NCBI GenBank assembly: GCA_012842045.1
Contig: DUTP01000003.1
Location: 66,532 to 130,531, forward strand
Length of the DNA: 64,000 bases
Source: Candidatus Dojkabacteria bacterium
GTDB taxonomy: Bacteria; Patescibacteriota; Dojkabacteria; SC72
Reading direction: 5' to 3'
Positions within the stretch are counted from its first letter, which is position 1, and each line of letters opens with the position of its first letter. The position numbers and the translations under genes are program-made. The notes beneath the pieces were generated by a model that was not told the origin of the DNA, ran no database searches, and saw only the letters and a program-made list of their open reading frames with translations. Shown piece by piece: positions 1-10,305 of the stretch.

Positions 1-41
1 TATCTGCATATTTTGATAGCTATTCTGAAATATTCAATATT

Positions 42-785
42 ATGATAATATTAGACAGGATGATAGTCAAAGATTATTTTAAAATAGTTGTCAGTTTCTT
101 ACTAATATTTGTCTTTTGTTGTTTTTTACCACAAAAGAGTTTTGCTGCTGAGCCCTCATTTTCTTTCTATCCTGCAGGAGGAGTTGTCCAAGATGAGGAG
201 AAAGGTTTTACTGTAGATGTCATTATCAACACCGGAGGAGAGAAGATAGTATCTGCAAAATTTGTAGCATTATTTGATCCTACCGTACTTAGATTAACAA
301 AAGCAGAGAGGAATAGGACGTTTTTTGTTAATTGGCCAGATGATGAGTCGACTCTTGATAATGATAATGGAGTTATTATGCTTTCTGGTTTTACACAGAG
401 TGGTAATGGAGAGCTGTATTCTAGTTCTCCAGAAGGTGATGTTATTGCAAGGTTAACTTTCTCTGTTTTAAGGAGTAAGACAACATACCTGGATTGGGAA
501 TATGAAACAAATAATGGGATTTTTGAAACAAAGATGGAAAAGGATGGAAGTCCTCCTCAAAATATATTAAAAAACAAACCGACTGCAATAGTTCTTCAGA
601 TGGCTGGAGGTGGTTCAGGGCTTGATCCCAGTACGGTAAAAACAGGTGTTTTTGATGGTCCTAAGTATCTTTTAATAGTAGGAGCAATTCTTATTCTCTT
701 TGGAGGCTTTATGATATTTACCAGACCAAATGTATATAGAAGAGGAAAACATACTGTAGTTGTTTATGACAATGAAAAAGAATAA
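42..785 (+). CDS. Cohesin/CBM-like domain surface protein with signal peptide and C-terminal membrane anchor
   Basis: Hydrophobic N-terminus ending SFAAE; beta-rich FTVDVIINTGG...FDPTVL...IARLTF pattern of cohesin-like domains; VKTG followed by TM helix and basic tail. Confidence 0.6.
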   Translation: MIILDRMIVKDYFKIVVSFLLIFVFCCFLPQKSFAAEPSFSFYPAGGVVQDEEKGFTVDVIINTGGEKIVSAKFVALFDPTVLRLTKAERNRTFFVNWPDDESTLDNDNGVIMLSGFTQSGNGELYSSSPEGDVIARLTFSVLRSKTTYLDWEYETNNGIFETKMEKDGSPPQNILKNKPTAIVLQMAGGGSGLDPSTVKTGVFDGPKYLLIVGAILILFGGFMIFTRPNVYRRGKHTVVVYDNEKE

Positions 786-1896
786 TCTTCGTGTTGCAAT
801 AGTAACGGATTCTCTTTTTAGAATGGAGGGTGGTTCTAGGGTCTTAGAATGTTTTGCTCAAATGTTTCCTGATGCTGATATATATACACTTTTTTCTACT
901 CCTGAAAGGCATAGAAAGAAGTATCTATCTGAAGACATTCTTTCTCACAAGATATATACATCAAAACTAGGTAAGAGGTTATTTGTTAACAAGTACTATC
1001 AATGGACTTTACCACTTTGGCCTTTTTACATAGAGAGATTTGATTTTTCAGAATATGATTTAGTAATTTCATCTTCATGGTCTGTTGCTCATGGAGTAAT
1101 TACTCCATTAGGATGTAAACATATTGCATATATTAATACTCCTGTTCGTTATGCTTGGGATCTTTTTCATACTTATTTCTCTAAGAAGAGATTTAATTGG
1201 ATTTATAATTTCTTTATCCATTACCTCAGAATCTGGGATAGTGCTTCTTCTAGTAGGGCAGATTTAATGATAGCTAACTCAAACTTTGTTTCTAAAAGGA
1301 TGAAGAAATATTGGGATAGAGCTGCTGATATTGTAATCCGTCCTCCAGTAAAGAGATATACAGGTAAGATATTTTCTAAAAGAAAAAACTATTTTGTTGC
1401 AGGAGCACCTTTTGAAGAGAACAAGGGTGGAGAATTTCTTTTAGAGTGTGCTAAATGGATAGGTTTTAAACTTAAAATTATTGGTAGTGGAAGTAAAAAG
1501 AAAGAATTGGAAAGGAAGTATAGGGATTGTAAGAATATTGAATTTTTAGGTTGGGTAGATGAGGAAGAGAAATACAAGATTCTTTCTAAAGCATCTGGGT
1601 TTATAATGCCAGGCATTGAGGATTTTGGTATCTTTCCTGTAGAGGCACTAAGTTGTGGTACACCTGTTTTAGGATATGGTTTGGGAGGGATTTTAGATAC
1701 TGTACAGGATGGAATTAATGGTATTCTTTTCTATGAGGAGAACATTGATAGTTTTAAGGAAGCTCTTTTAAAGTTTGAAAACAGTGATTGGGATCATGTA
1801 AAAGTATCCAGGAGTATAGAGGATATGAATAGTGTAGAGGATTTTAAAAAGAAGGTAGGGGAGTTTTTGGTTAATAATTGTATTTTAAGTAAATAA
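772..1896 (+). CDS. Glycosyltransferase family 4 (GT-B)
   Basis: RVAIVTD...GGSRV N-terminus and EDFGIFPVEALSCGTPV motif; start could be 760, 766 or 772. Confidence 0.9.
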   Translation: MKKNNLRVAIVTDSLFRMEGGSRVLECFAQMFPDADIYTLFSTPERHRKKYLSEDILSHKIYTSKLGKRLFVNKYYQWTLPLWPFYIERFDFSEYDLVISSSWSVAHGVITPLGCKHIAYINTPVRYAWDLFHTYFSKKRFNWIYNFFIHYLRIWDSASSSRADLMIANSNFVSKRMKKYWDRAADIVIRPPVKRYTGKIFSKRKNYFVAGAPFEENKGGEFLLECAKWIGFKLKIIGSGSKKKELERKYRDCKNIEFLGWVDEEEKYKILSKASGFIMPGIEDFGIFPVEALSCGTPVLGYGLGGILDTVQDGINGILFYEENIDSFKEALLKFENSDWDHVKVSRSIEDMNSVEDFKKKVGEFLVNNCILSK

Positions 1897-1914
1897 TTTT
1901 ATTTCTATATAAAT

Positions 1915-2109
1915 ATGGAAAAAAAAGATAAGGAGAAGAAGGGAAAGAAAAACATTTCTGCAACTGTTAGTGTCTTCTTTATACTAGGTCTTACTTTTTC
2001 TCTTCTTTCAATCATGCCTGATGGAGGTACATATTTACCACTAGGTTTGTCTTTTTTGGCAATAGGTATAGCTGATCTCTTTGAGACTAGGAGAAAACAG
2101 AAAGAATAA
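1915..2109 (+). CDS. Small two-TM membrane protein
   Basis: 64-aa ORF with two hydrophobic segments and basic termini. Confidence 0.6.
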   Translation: MEKKDKEKKGKKNISATVSVFFILGLTFSLLSIMPDGGTYLPLGLSFLAIGIADLFETRRKQKE

Positions 2110-2154
2110 TATTATTGATAATGATATTAATATTTGATATCATTTCAAACACAT

Positions 2155-2230
2155 GCCGAGATAGCTCAGTTGGTAGAGCACCTGTCTGAAGAACAGGGTG
2201 TCCCCAGTTCAAATCTGGGTCTCGGCACCA
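2155..2230 (+). tRNA. tRNA-Phe(GAA)
   Basis: Cloverleaf GCCGAGA...TCTCGGC-A-CCA; anticodon arm CCTGT-CTGAAGA-ACAGG; GTTCAAATC T-loop. Confidence 0.97.
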
Positions 2231-2231
2231 T

Positions 2232-2308
2232 GCGGGAGTAGTTCAGTTGGCTAGAACGACACATTGCCAATGTGTAGGTCGCGGGTTCGACCCCCGTCTC
2301 CCGCTCCA
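2232..2308 (+). tRNA. tRNA-Gly(GCC)
   Basis: GCGGGAG...CTCCCGC-T-CCA; anticodon arm ACACA-TTGCCAA-TGTGT. Confidence 0.97.
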
Positions 2309-2339
2309 GATTATCAGTAGAATTAACAAATAAGCTCTT

Positions 2340-2744
2340 CTAAAGCTCATTCTCATCATATAGTTTAATCCATCCCATATCTAACCAAAACATTATTTCA
2401 TCATAAGCTAGAACATCCTTACTAGGCTCATTTAATATATATATATATATGTTTTTGTTGTGTAATAAATTCTGAATAACTACATATGTTAACTCTGCAG
2501 TAGCACTAGCACCAACATACCCTTTTACACCTTTTCTCTCTTCATTCATAAGGAAATAGATATCTGTATTTTCTAATGCTGTATAATAATTCTTGTATAT
2601 CTTTGGTAATTCTTTAGAATAATCCTTTGATTCTACTGGTTTAGGATAATCCAGTATTTCAAAACCTTTCTTTTTGAAATGATTAATCCAATGATTTACC
2701 TCCTTTTGTAGCTTACTACTTCCGGATATGACAACTTTTTTCAT
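2340..2744 (-). CDS. Hypothetical protein, nucleoside 2-deoxyribosyltransferase-like fold
   Basis: KKVVISGS N-terminus and ENTDIYFLMN...GYVGASATAE pattern resemble NDT-like proteins. Confidence 0.5.
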   Translation of the reverse strand: MKKVVISGSSKLQKEVNHWINHFKKKGFEILDYPKPVESKDYSKELPKIYKNYYTALENTDIYFLMNEERKGVKGYVGASATAELTYVVIQNLLHNKNIYIYILNEPSKDVLAYDEIMFWLDMGWIKLYDENEL

Positions 2745-2781
2745 TATGTATGTTATTGATATTAATTAGTATATTACACAA

Positions 2782-3405
2782 TTATTCCTTTTTCCCTATA
2801 ATTCTCTTTACAAACTTTTTAACCTTCTTTCTGTTTTTATAAAGAATAATAGCTACTACTAAAGTAGTTAAGAATGTTAAAACATTATTAACCGTATCTA
2901 ATATTCCCTTAATCTGGAACCAATTAAATCCTATCTCTGCACCAAGATATGCAAAAGCATATGCATATATAAAGGTACCTATGAAAACAGCAACAGATGT
3001 TGTAAATAGATTTGATTCTAAATATCCTGCAACTACTAATGTAAGAACTCTTAAACCTGGTGTGAATCTTGTGAGAAGTATATAGAGGAAACCTTTTTTA
3101 GAAAGATCTTTCTTTCCTTTTTTAAAAGCTGCTTCAGAAATATTTAAAAACTTACCCTTACCATTTAAAAATTTCAAGATATCTTTGTTTCTGAAGTAAT
3201 AACCAACAAGATATGTTAAAAGAGCACCTACAACTTCACCAATAGCAGTGGTTGCCGCTATTGGAATCAACTCAGTAGGCTTCTGTGCTGCTACCATAAC
3301 GATTACAACCTCAGCTGGAAGTATACCTACAGAAGCTATAAAAATACCTGGATAACCAAACTTACCCATCCAAATAGTTGCTGTCATTAACAGATCAGAT
3401 ATCAT
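2782..3405 (-). CDS. DedA family membrane protein
   Basis: LPAEVV, YLVGY and RFTPGLR motifs. Confidence 0.85.
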   Translation of the reverse strand: MISDLLMTATIWMGKFGYPGIFIASVGILPAEVVIVMVAAQKPTELIPIAATTAIGEVVGALLTYLVGYYFRNKDILKFLNGKGKFLNISEAAFKKGKKDLSKKGFLYILLTRFTPGLRVLTLVVAGYLESNLFTTSVAVFIGTFIYAYAFAYLGAEIGFNWFQIKGILDTVNNVLTFLTTLVVAIILYKNRKKVKKFVKRIIGKKE

Positions 3406-3479
3406 AGTTAATAATCATATCATTAGATAGAAAATAAATATATATTTAACTTTTTTCTTTGTCATGCTAATATTATTTA

Positions 3480-4319
3480 ATGGAAGAGATAAAGCAGAGT
3501 AGGATAATTAAACCCCCTTCAAGAAAAATTTGGTTGAAGGAAAGACTATCTAGGTTTAGACCAGTAGTCTTTCTTAAAAAGAATCTTCCAATTTTTCTTT
3601 TTCTTCTTCTACTCCTAATTTCTTTTTTAGTTGGTTTATGGAATATTAAAAACTTTGAAATTTTAGAAGAGAGTGGGGGAGAGATTGATGAAAATGTGAG
3701 TAGGATGGTTGAAGAATATCTCAAGAAGAATGTTAAAGGTAAGAATTTCTTTTTGATTCATTCTAATAAACTAGGAGAAGATTTAGTTGAAAATATTCCC
3801 TTTATTAAGTTCGCATCCGTTTCGAAAAATGTTCCCAATTCAATATTGATAGTTTTAGATGTTCTTACTCCTGAATTTGTAGCATATACAGGTGATAATA
3901 GGTGTACCCTTCTCTCAATAGAGGGTAATGTTTTGGAAAATCTTTGTGAAGATGAAGAAGATATTAAGAAATGTTGTGAAAATTATCATTCTGAGAAGAA
4001 TATAGCTGTCTTTAAATCAAAAGACCTCTCTATTGCAAAACTAAGTAGTGGAAAAGAGAGACTTTTAGTTATGGAAACCTTGTCAAAAGTTATTAAGGTG
4101 ATTAGATCTTTTGACATTAAGGTGAAGGAAATAACTTTGAGTGAAAATGTTGTGGATTTCAAAGATCAGGAGGATAGGATAACTAGGTTTACGCTTTCTG
4201 ATGAAATTGAGGTACAGTTAGCTAGATATTTCATCGTTATGGGAAAGATTAAGAGTGAAAAAGTTAGGCATACTCTAGTGGATGTTAGGTTTAAACGTCC
4301 TGTTGTAAAAACTAATTAG
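3480..4319 (+). CDS. ftsQ: Cell division protein FtsQ/DivIB-like
   Basis: N-terminal TM, POTRA-like segment (IPFIKFASVSKNVPNSILI), C-terminal VDVRFKRPVV; directly upstream of ftsA. Confidence 0.75.
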   Translation: MEEIKQSRIIKPPSRKIWLKERLSRFRPVVFLKKNLPIFLFLLLLLISFLVGLWNIKNFEILEESGGEIDENVSRMVEEYLKKNVKGKNFFLIHSNKLGEDLVENIPFIKFASVSKNVPNSILIVLDVLTPEFVAYTGDNRCTLLSIEGNVLENLCEDEEDIKKCCENYHSEKNIAVFKSKDLSIAKLSSGKERLLVMETLSKVIKVIRSFDIKVKEITLSENVVDFKDQEDRITRFTLSDEIEVQLARYFIVMGKIKSEKVRHTLVDVRFKRPVVKTN

Positions 4320-4457
4320 GAGTAATGTTTTTAAGATTAATTTTGAATTTAATTGTAAGTACTTGCTAAACTATCTAATTTTGATTATATTATTATACTG
4401 ATGTTGTTAAAAAACATCTTTTTTGTATTAAGTTAAGTAAATAATACTGATACACAT

Positions 4458-5756
4458 ATGGCACGAAAAATAATAACTGCAATAGATGTTGGGACCTCTA
4501 AAGTAACTACTTTAATTACCTCTGTTGAGGATGGGAAAAATCCGACAGTTATAGGAGTTTGTGCCTATCCAAGCAAGGGTATTAGAAAAGGTGTAGTTGT
4601 TAATATTGATGATGCTACCAGCTCTATTCTAGAAAGTGTAACAGCAGCAGAGAGGATGGCAGGCGTAACAGTGTCAGATGTTGTTGTTTCAATAAATGGA
4701 GAGCAGGTAACTAGTTTGAATAATAAAGGAGTTGTTGCAGTTGCAGGTAGTGAGATAACAATAGATGATACATATAGAGCTATTGAGAATGCTAGGACAT
4801 TGTCATTACCTGATAATCTTAATCCCATACATATTATTCCTAGAGAGTTTGTTGTGGACAGTCAAGGTGGTATTAAGTATCCAATTGGTATGAGTGGTGG
4901 AAGATTAGAAGTTGAAACACATATCATTACAGCACCTAATTCATATTGGCAAAACATTAAGAAATGTGTTGAGCAAGTGGGTGCTACAGTATCAGATGTT
5001 ATCTTTACTGCATGGGCATCTTCACTGGCTGTTCTTACTGATACAGAGAAAGAATTAGGTGTTACACTTTTAGATATTGGTGCAGGTACAACAGGTATTA
5101 CAATTTTCCAGGAAGGTTCCATTATATACAGTGCTTGTGTTCCTTTGGGTGGTATCAGTATTACTAGTGATATTGCTATTGGATTGCAGGTATCACTTGA
5201 AGAAGCAGAGAAGATTAAGGTTAATATGAACACTCTTTATGATGCCAAGTATGATGGCTCCAAGACAAAAGACCTTGACTCTATTCCAACAATTCTTAGA
5301 AAGAAAGAACCTCCTTCACAGAAGAAGAAAGGTGAAGAGTTAGATTTGAATGCAATTGGTATTGATAAAAAGATTTCTAAAGAAATGCTTGATAAGATTG
5401 TGAGTGCTAGATGTGAGGAGATTTTTGAAATGGTAAAGGAAGATATTTCTAAAGCAGGATACGACATGGCAATGCCAGCAGGTATTGTTCTTACTGGAGG
5501 TAGTTCATTACTAAGAGATATTACGAAGTATGCGCAGGATGTATCTGGGGTTGTAGGTAGGGTCGCATATCCATCAGGATTAACAGGTATGACTGAAGAG
5601 ATATCAGATCCAGCATATGCTTGTGTACAAGGATCAATAAAACATGCAATTGATGATGATGTAGATGTAGGTGGAGGATCAGGTGAAAAAGGAAGGGTTG
5701 ATGTGAAAGGTTTTTTTGGTAAAATGGGAGAGTGGTTTAAGTCATTACTGCCATAA
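4458..5756 (+). CDS. ftsA: Cell division protein FtsA
   Basis: IDVGTSKV, DIGAGTT, VLTGGSS motifs; C-terminal amphipathic helix. Confidence 0.97.
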   Translation: MARKIITAIDVGTSKVTTLITSVEDGKNPTVIGVCAYPSKGIRKGVVVNIDDATSSILESVTAAERMAGVTVSDVVVSINGEQVTSLNNKGVVAVAGSEITIDDTYRAIENARTLSLPDNLNPIHIIPREFVVDSQGGIKYPIGMSGGRLEVETHIITAPNSYWQNIKKCVEQVGATVSDVIFTAWASSLAVLTDTEKELGVTLLDIGAGTTGITIFQEGSIIYSACVPLGGISITSDIAIGLQVSLEEAEKIKVNMNTLYDAKYDGSKTKDLDSIPTILRKKEPPSQKKKGEELDLNAIGIDKKISKEMLDKIVSARCEEIFEMVKEDISKAGYDMAMPAGIVLTGGSSLLRDITKYAQDVSGVVGRVAYPSGLTGMTEEISDPAYACVQGSIKHAIDDDVDVGGGSGEKGRVDVKGFFGKMGEWFKSLLP

Positions 5757-5781
5757 ATAATTTAAGTTTACTATACTGAGT

Positions 5782-7002
5782 ATGCCTTTAGTTACAACAA
5801 ATGTTGACCCAGTTGCTAAAATAAAAGTAATCGGTGTAGGTGGTGGTGGTTGTAATGCAATCAATACCATGATTACTGATTATGATATCGCTGGAGTCGA
5901 ATTTATGGCATTTAATACAGATGCACAAGCACTTAAGATGTCACAAGCTCCAATTACTTTACAGTTGGGAGAGGAATTAACAAAAGGATTAGGAGTAGGA
6001 GGTAATGCCGAATTAGGAGCACAAGCAGCGGAGGAAAGTTTAGATCAGATACAGGAATATTTAGAAGGAGCAAACATGGTCTTTATCACAGCAGGTATGG
6101 GTGGTGGAACAGGAACAGGAGCTGCACCAGTTATTGCAGGAGTAGCTAAAAATATGGGAGCATTAACAGTAGCTGTTGTTACAAAACCTTTTGATTTTGA
6201 AGGAAGTAAAAGAATGGAGATTGCAGAAGAGGGAATAGCTAAATTGAGGGATAAAGTGGATACTTTGATAATTGTACCCAACCAGAGACTGTTAGAAGTA
6301 GTTAATGAAAGTGAGAAACTATCGTTTATTGATGCTATGAAGAAAGTTGACTCTGTATTAGCAGAAGGTGTTAACAGTATTTCAAACCTTATTAGTGAAA
6401 CAGGATATATTAATGCAGACTTCAATGATGCTAAATCTGTTATGGAGAATGCTGGTACAGCCCTTATGGGTATAGGAAGAGCTTCTGGAGAAAACAGAGC
6501 AGAAGATGCTGCAAGGCTAGCAACAACCAGCCCATTACTAGATATGTCAATCGAAGGTGCTACAGGAGTGCTTTACAATATTGTTGGTGGTACAGATTTA
6601 TCTCTTGCTGAGATAAGCGAAGTATCAGAACTAATAAAAGAAGCAGTAGACCCATCTGCAAATATTAAATTTGGAGCACAGATTAATCCCGATGCGGGTG
6701 ATGAACTAACAATCACGATTGTAGCTACTGGCTTTGATGAATCAAAACAGATATATAGAAACAGAACATCTGAGGATACTCACTCTGTTCCTCCTGTAAG
6801 AACATTTGGTTTTGATAGTAATACTAAAGAAACAGAAACATTAGAACAAGAGAAGGACACAGAGACATTAGACTCATTTGACAGTGATGAAGATGATATG
6901 GAAGAAGATACTGTTGATATTGAAAGTACCGCTGATGCTATAAATAACATGCAAGTTGAAGACCCTCTAGATGTTCCAGCATTTATGAGAGGGAAGAAAT
7001 AG
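5782..7002 (+). CDS. ftsZ: Cell division protein FtsZ
   Basis: GVGGGGCNA, GMGGGTGTG, INADFND motifs; C-terminal LDVPAFMR. Confidence 0.99.
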   Translation: MPLVTTNVDPVAKIKVIGVGGGGCNAINTMITDYDIAGVEFMAFNTDAQALKMSQAPITLQLGEELTKGLGVGGNAELGAQAAEESLDQIQEYLEGANMVFITAGMGGGTGTGAAPVIAGVAKNMGALTVAVVTKPFDFEGSKRMEIAEEGIAKLRDKVDTLIIVPNQRLLEVVNESEKLSFIDAMKKVDSVLAEGVNSISNLISETGYINADFNDAKSVMENAGTALMGIGRASGENRAEDAARLATTSPLLDMSIEGATGVLYNIVGGTDLSLAEISEVSELIKEAVDPSANIKFGAQINPDAGDELTITIVATGFDESKQIYRNRTSEDTHSVPPVRTFGFDSNTKETETLEQEKDTETLDSFDSDEDDMEEDTVDIESTADAINNMQVEDPLDVPAFMRGKK

Positions 7003-7026
7003 TTCCTACTCTGGTATAATCAACAT

Positions 7027-8349
7027 ATGAAATCATTAGCGTCTTCAAGTTTAAAAAGAAGGCTTTCCAATTGGCCTTTCTTACTAACAATCTTACTACT
7101 AATTTTAATAGGTTTACTTACTCTCTACTCTACACTCATTCTACCAACAGGTGGTTTAGGAGATAAATCTATTTTTACCAAACAACTAATCTTTACTGCT
7201 GTAGGAATAATATTCTTTTTAATTTTAAGTAAAATAGATTTAAATCATCTCAAACAGTGGCAAATTGTTCTAATAATCTACATCTTCACATTGGCACTTC
7301 TTGTTGCGACACTACTCTTTGGTCCACCAATTAAAAATGTAAAAAGATGGTTAATAATAGGTCCAATACAAATACAACCTTCCGAAATAGCAAAGTTAAC
7401 TGTAATAATTACAACATCAGCAATCTTTTCTCTTAAAGAGAAATATAATGAATGGTTTCTTTTTCTCATATCTTTCCTTCTTGTTTTACCAATACTAGTA
7501 TTAATATATTTACAACCAAGTGGAAGTATGACTTTACTAACACTTGGGATATGGTTTGTTTTAGCATTTATGGGACTGAATAATCCAATTAGGAATATTA
7601 CACTTCTTAGTATCATAATCCTAACTATTGGAGCTTTTCTTCTCTCATCTGTAACGTCGAATAATCTCTGGTATCTTTTACTAATACCTTCTATTGTGAT
7701 TTCAATCCTAGGTTTCTATGTAAAAGACAATTGGAAAGTGTTAATTACTATTTCATTATCAATAGCACTGCTTTTAGGAATGGTTGCTTCTGTTACATGG
7801 AATAAGGTATTAAAAGATTACCAAAAAACCAGAATAGTGGCATTTATCTCACCAGAGGAAATTTCTCCTGACAAACTCTTTAATGTAAACCAATCAAAGA
7901 TTGCAATTGGATCAGGGCAGATATTTGGTAAAGGTTTTGGAAATGGGACACAGAGTAAAAGAAACTTCTTACCTGAGTTTAGAACAGACTTTATCTTTGC
8001 ATCTTTTGCCGAGGAATTTGGTCTTGTTGGTAGCCTTTTTCTCATGGCTCTCTACACGATAATAATAGTCTTCTGTTTTTGGAATGCAATAGCTAGTGAA
8101 AAGGATATAACTCTTTCCCTAATATGTATAGGAGTAGGAGTTAAAATTCTTTTGGAAGTATTTACAAACATAGGGACAAATACGGGTAGTATACCTGCAA
8201 CAGGCATACCTCTTCCATTAATGAGTGCTGGTGGAACTATTACCATTATGACTCTTGCATCTTTAGGTTTAGTTAATAATATAGGGAAGAAGAATGCAAA
8301 AAAGATTAGAGTAAGTAGTTCCGATTTGGTGGAAGTATATGAGAAATGA
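7027..8349 (+). CDS. rodA: SEDS family protein, RodA-like
   Basis: IQPSEIAK, GSGQIFGKGFGNGTQ, FLPEFRTDFIF, TGIPLPLMSAGG; FtsW not excluded. Confidence 0.8.
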   Translation: MKSLASSSLKRRLSNWPFLLTILLLILIGLLTLYSTLILPTGGLGDKSIFTKQLIFTAVGIIFFLILSKIDLNHLKQWQIVLIIYIFTLALLVATLLFGPPIKNVKRWLIIGPIQIQPSEIAKLTVIITTSAIFSLKEKYNEWFLFLISFLLVLPILVLIYLQPSGSMTLLTLGIWFVLAFMGLNNPIRNITLLSIIILTIGAFLLSSVTSNNLWYLLLIPSIVISILGFYVKDNWKVLITISLSIALLLGMVASVTWNKVLKDYQKTRIVAFISPEEISPDKLFNVNQSKIAIGSGQIFGKGFGNGTQSKRNFLPEFRTDFIFASFAEEFGLVGSLFLMALYTIIIVFCFWNAIASEKDITLSLICIGVGVKILLEVFTNIGTNTGSIPATGIPLPLMSAGGTITIMTLASLGLVNNIGKKNAKKIRVSSSDLVEVYEK

Positions 8350-8394
8350 TAAAAAGATTGACTTTTTAACCTACATAACATAAAATCCATACCT

Positions 8395-8814
8395 ATGGCA
8401 GACAAAAAAGAAACAAAAGCTACAAAAAAGACAACAACTGATAAAAAAGTTGATAAAAAAGCTACTCCTAAAAAAGAAGTTAAGGTAGAGGCAAAGAAAA
8501 GTGAAAAGTTTGCAGTAATCGCAATTTCAGGAGTTCAGTTAAAGGTATTCGAAGGTATGGGATATGAAGTAAGCAAGCTAGAAGGAAAGAAAGGAGATAA
8601 ATTAGAAATTAAGGAAGTTTTACTAATCTCTGATGGGAAAGATACAAAAGTAGGAACCCCTTACATTGATGGTGCGACTGTCAAATTAGAGATTACATCA
8701 CAAAAGAAAGGTAAGAAGATAGAGGGCTTCACTTACAAAGCTAAGTCTAGACAGAGAAGAAGATACGGTTACAGACCAAGTATTACTAGAGTATTAGTTA
8801 AAAGTATTAGCTAA
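8395..8814 (+). CDS. rplU: 50S ribosomal protein bL21 with Lys-rich N-terminal extension
   Basis: FAVIAISGVQLKV...VGTPYIDGA...YKAKSRQRRRYGYR. Confidence 0.93.
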   Translation: MADKKETKATKKTTTDKKVDKKATPKKEVKVEAKKSEKFAVIAISGVQLKVFEGMGYEVSKLEGKKGDKLEIKEVLLISDGKDTKVGTPYIDGATVKLEITSQKKGKKIEGFTYKAKSRQRRRYGYRPSITRVLVKSIS

Positions 8815-8815
8815 A

Positions 8816-10006
8816 ATGTCCAAACAACTCTTCATTCAATCTGGGGTCTTTCCAGAGCTATCATTTGCAGAACTATTGTCTGTACTTTCATCTTTTGGAT
8901 TACATAGAGAATGTGTGAGTAGATATGGAAAGAATATTTTTCTACTAAATATTGATGAAAAGATAACCTCTCAACTAGCTAGAATAATCTTTTTAAGATT
9001 AGGTGGTGCTATTAGACTTGGCGAAATAATTGAAGATATAGATTCTTTTGAAATGGATACTGAGAATGATAAGAAAGTAACATTTGGTATTTCAATATTA
9101 GGAGAGGGTAGAAAAACAGATAGTGCTGTATTAAAAAAGTTAGCCAATGGAATAAAAAGACAACTTAGAGAAAATAAAATTTCATCTAGATTTGTTTTAC
9201 CACAAAATAAAGATATATCTTTAAATGCTGCGCAGATAATAAAAAACAATATTCTTTCCGAAGGTTTTGAACTTGTTTTAATTAGAAATGGAAATCAAGA
9301 GATATATGGTAAAACATTAGAGATACAGGATTTAGAAGGTTTTGTTGGTAGAGATATTAAAAGACCTGAGAGTAATTTACAGATGGGTACACTTCCTCCA
9401 AAGCTTGCAAGGATAATGGTTAATCTAACAGGATTAAAGAATGGTGTAATATGGGATCCTTTCTGTGGATCAGGTACTCTTCTAATGGAAGCAGCTGTTT
9501 TAGGTTTTGATTTTCTAGCATCTGATATTGACCCTAGGGCTGTTATCGACACAGAGAATAATATTAAATGGCTTCTTGGAGAAGGTCAGATAACAGAGAA
9601 TACATATTACAGTGCTTTTCAGTTTGATATATTAAAACCAGATCAAGGGATTGTTAACAAATTAAAGCATACAGATATAGATGCTATTGTTTGTGAACCA
9701 TATATGGGACCTCCCCAAACTAGAATACTCTCTGTAGAATATGCAAATAAACTGTTGGAAGATGTAAAACGATTATACAGAAAGCTTTTTGAACTGATAG
9801 ATGAGAAGCTTCAAAAGAGGGGAATAAAGGTAGTGATGATACTTCCTTCGTATAAAACAGATAAGGGATGGAAAACTTTTGGTATTAGAGAATTAGTAGG
9901 GAAGAGATGGGATGTCAAAAATACGACACTTGTACAAGAGGACTTGAAGTGGATGAGAAAAAATAGTATTATTACCCGTAACATTTTCATACTAGAAAGA
10001 ACCTAG
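8816..10006 (+). CDS. SAM-dependent RNA methyltransferase (Trm11/UPF0020-like)
   Basis: GTLPPKLARIMVNL, WDPFCGSGT and CEPYMG motifs. Confidence 0.8.
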   Translation: MSKQLFIQSGVFPELSFAELLSVLSSFGLHRECVSRYGKNIFLLNIDEKITSQLARIIFLRLGGAIRLGEIIEDIDSFEMDTENDKKVTFGISILGEGRKTDSAVLKKLANGIKRQLRENKISSRFVLPQNKDISLNAAQIIKNNILSEGFELVLIRNGNQEIYGKTLEIQDLEGFVGRDIKRPESNLQMGTLPPKLARIMVNLTGLKNGVIWDPFCGSGTLLMEAAVLGFDFLASDIDPRAVIDTENNIKWLLGEGQITENTYYSAFQFDILKPDQGIVNKLKHTDIDAIVCEPYMGPPQTRILSVEYANKLLEDVKRLYRKLFELIDEKLQKRGIKVVMILPSYKTDKGWKTFGIRELVGKRWDVKNTTLVQEDLKWMRKNSIITRNIFILERT

Positions 10007-10034
10007 TATATATATAACTTGAAATAAAGAACAA

Positions 10035-10295
10035 ATGGCAAAGGTTGCAGCAGGTAGTACAACATCAAATCAAGGTAAAGTAGCTGGTAAGAGGCTAGGT
10101 GTTAAGAAGTTTGCTGGAGAGCAGGTAAAAGCTGGAAATATAATTGTAAGACAGAGAGGTTCTGTCTATCATCCTGGAAATAATACATATATGGGTAAGA
10201 CACACACAATTCATGCTCAAATAGATGGTACAGTTTCCTTTAGAAGAATGAGTGGGTCTAAGAGAGGACAGTTTTTTGTTGATGTGATAAAATAG
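10035..10295 (+). CDS. rpmA: 50S ribosomal protein bL27
   Basis: [24 protein letters not shown]. Confidence 0.97.
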   Translation: MAKVAAGSTTSNQGKVAGKRLGVKKFAGEQVKAGNIIVRQRGSVYHPGNNTYMGKTHTIHAQIDGTVSFRRMSGSKRGQFFVDVIK

Positions 10296-10305
10296 TCATA
10301 TTACT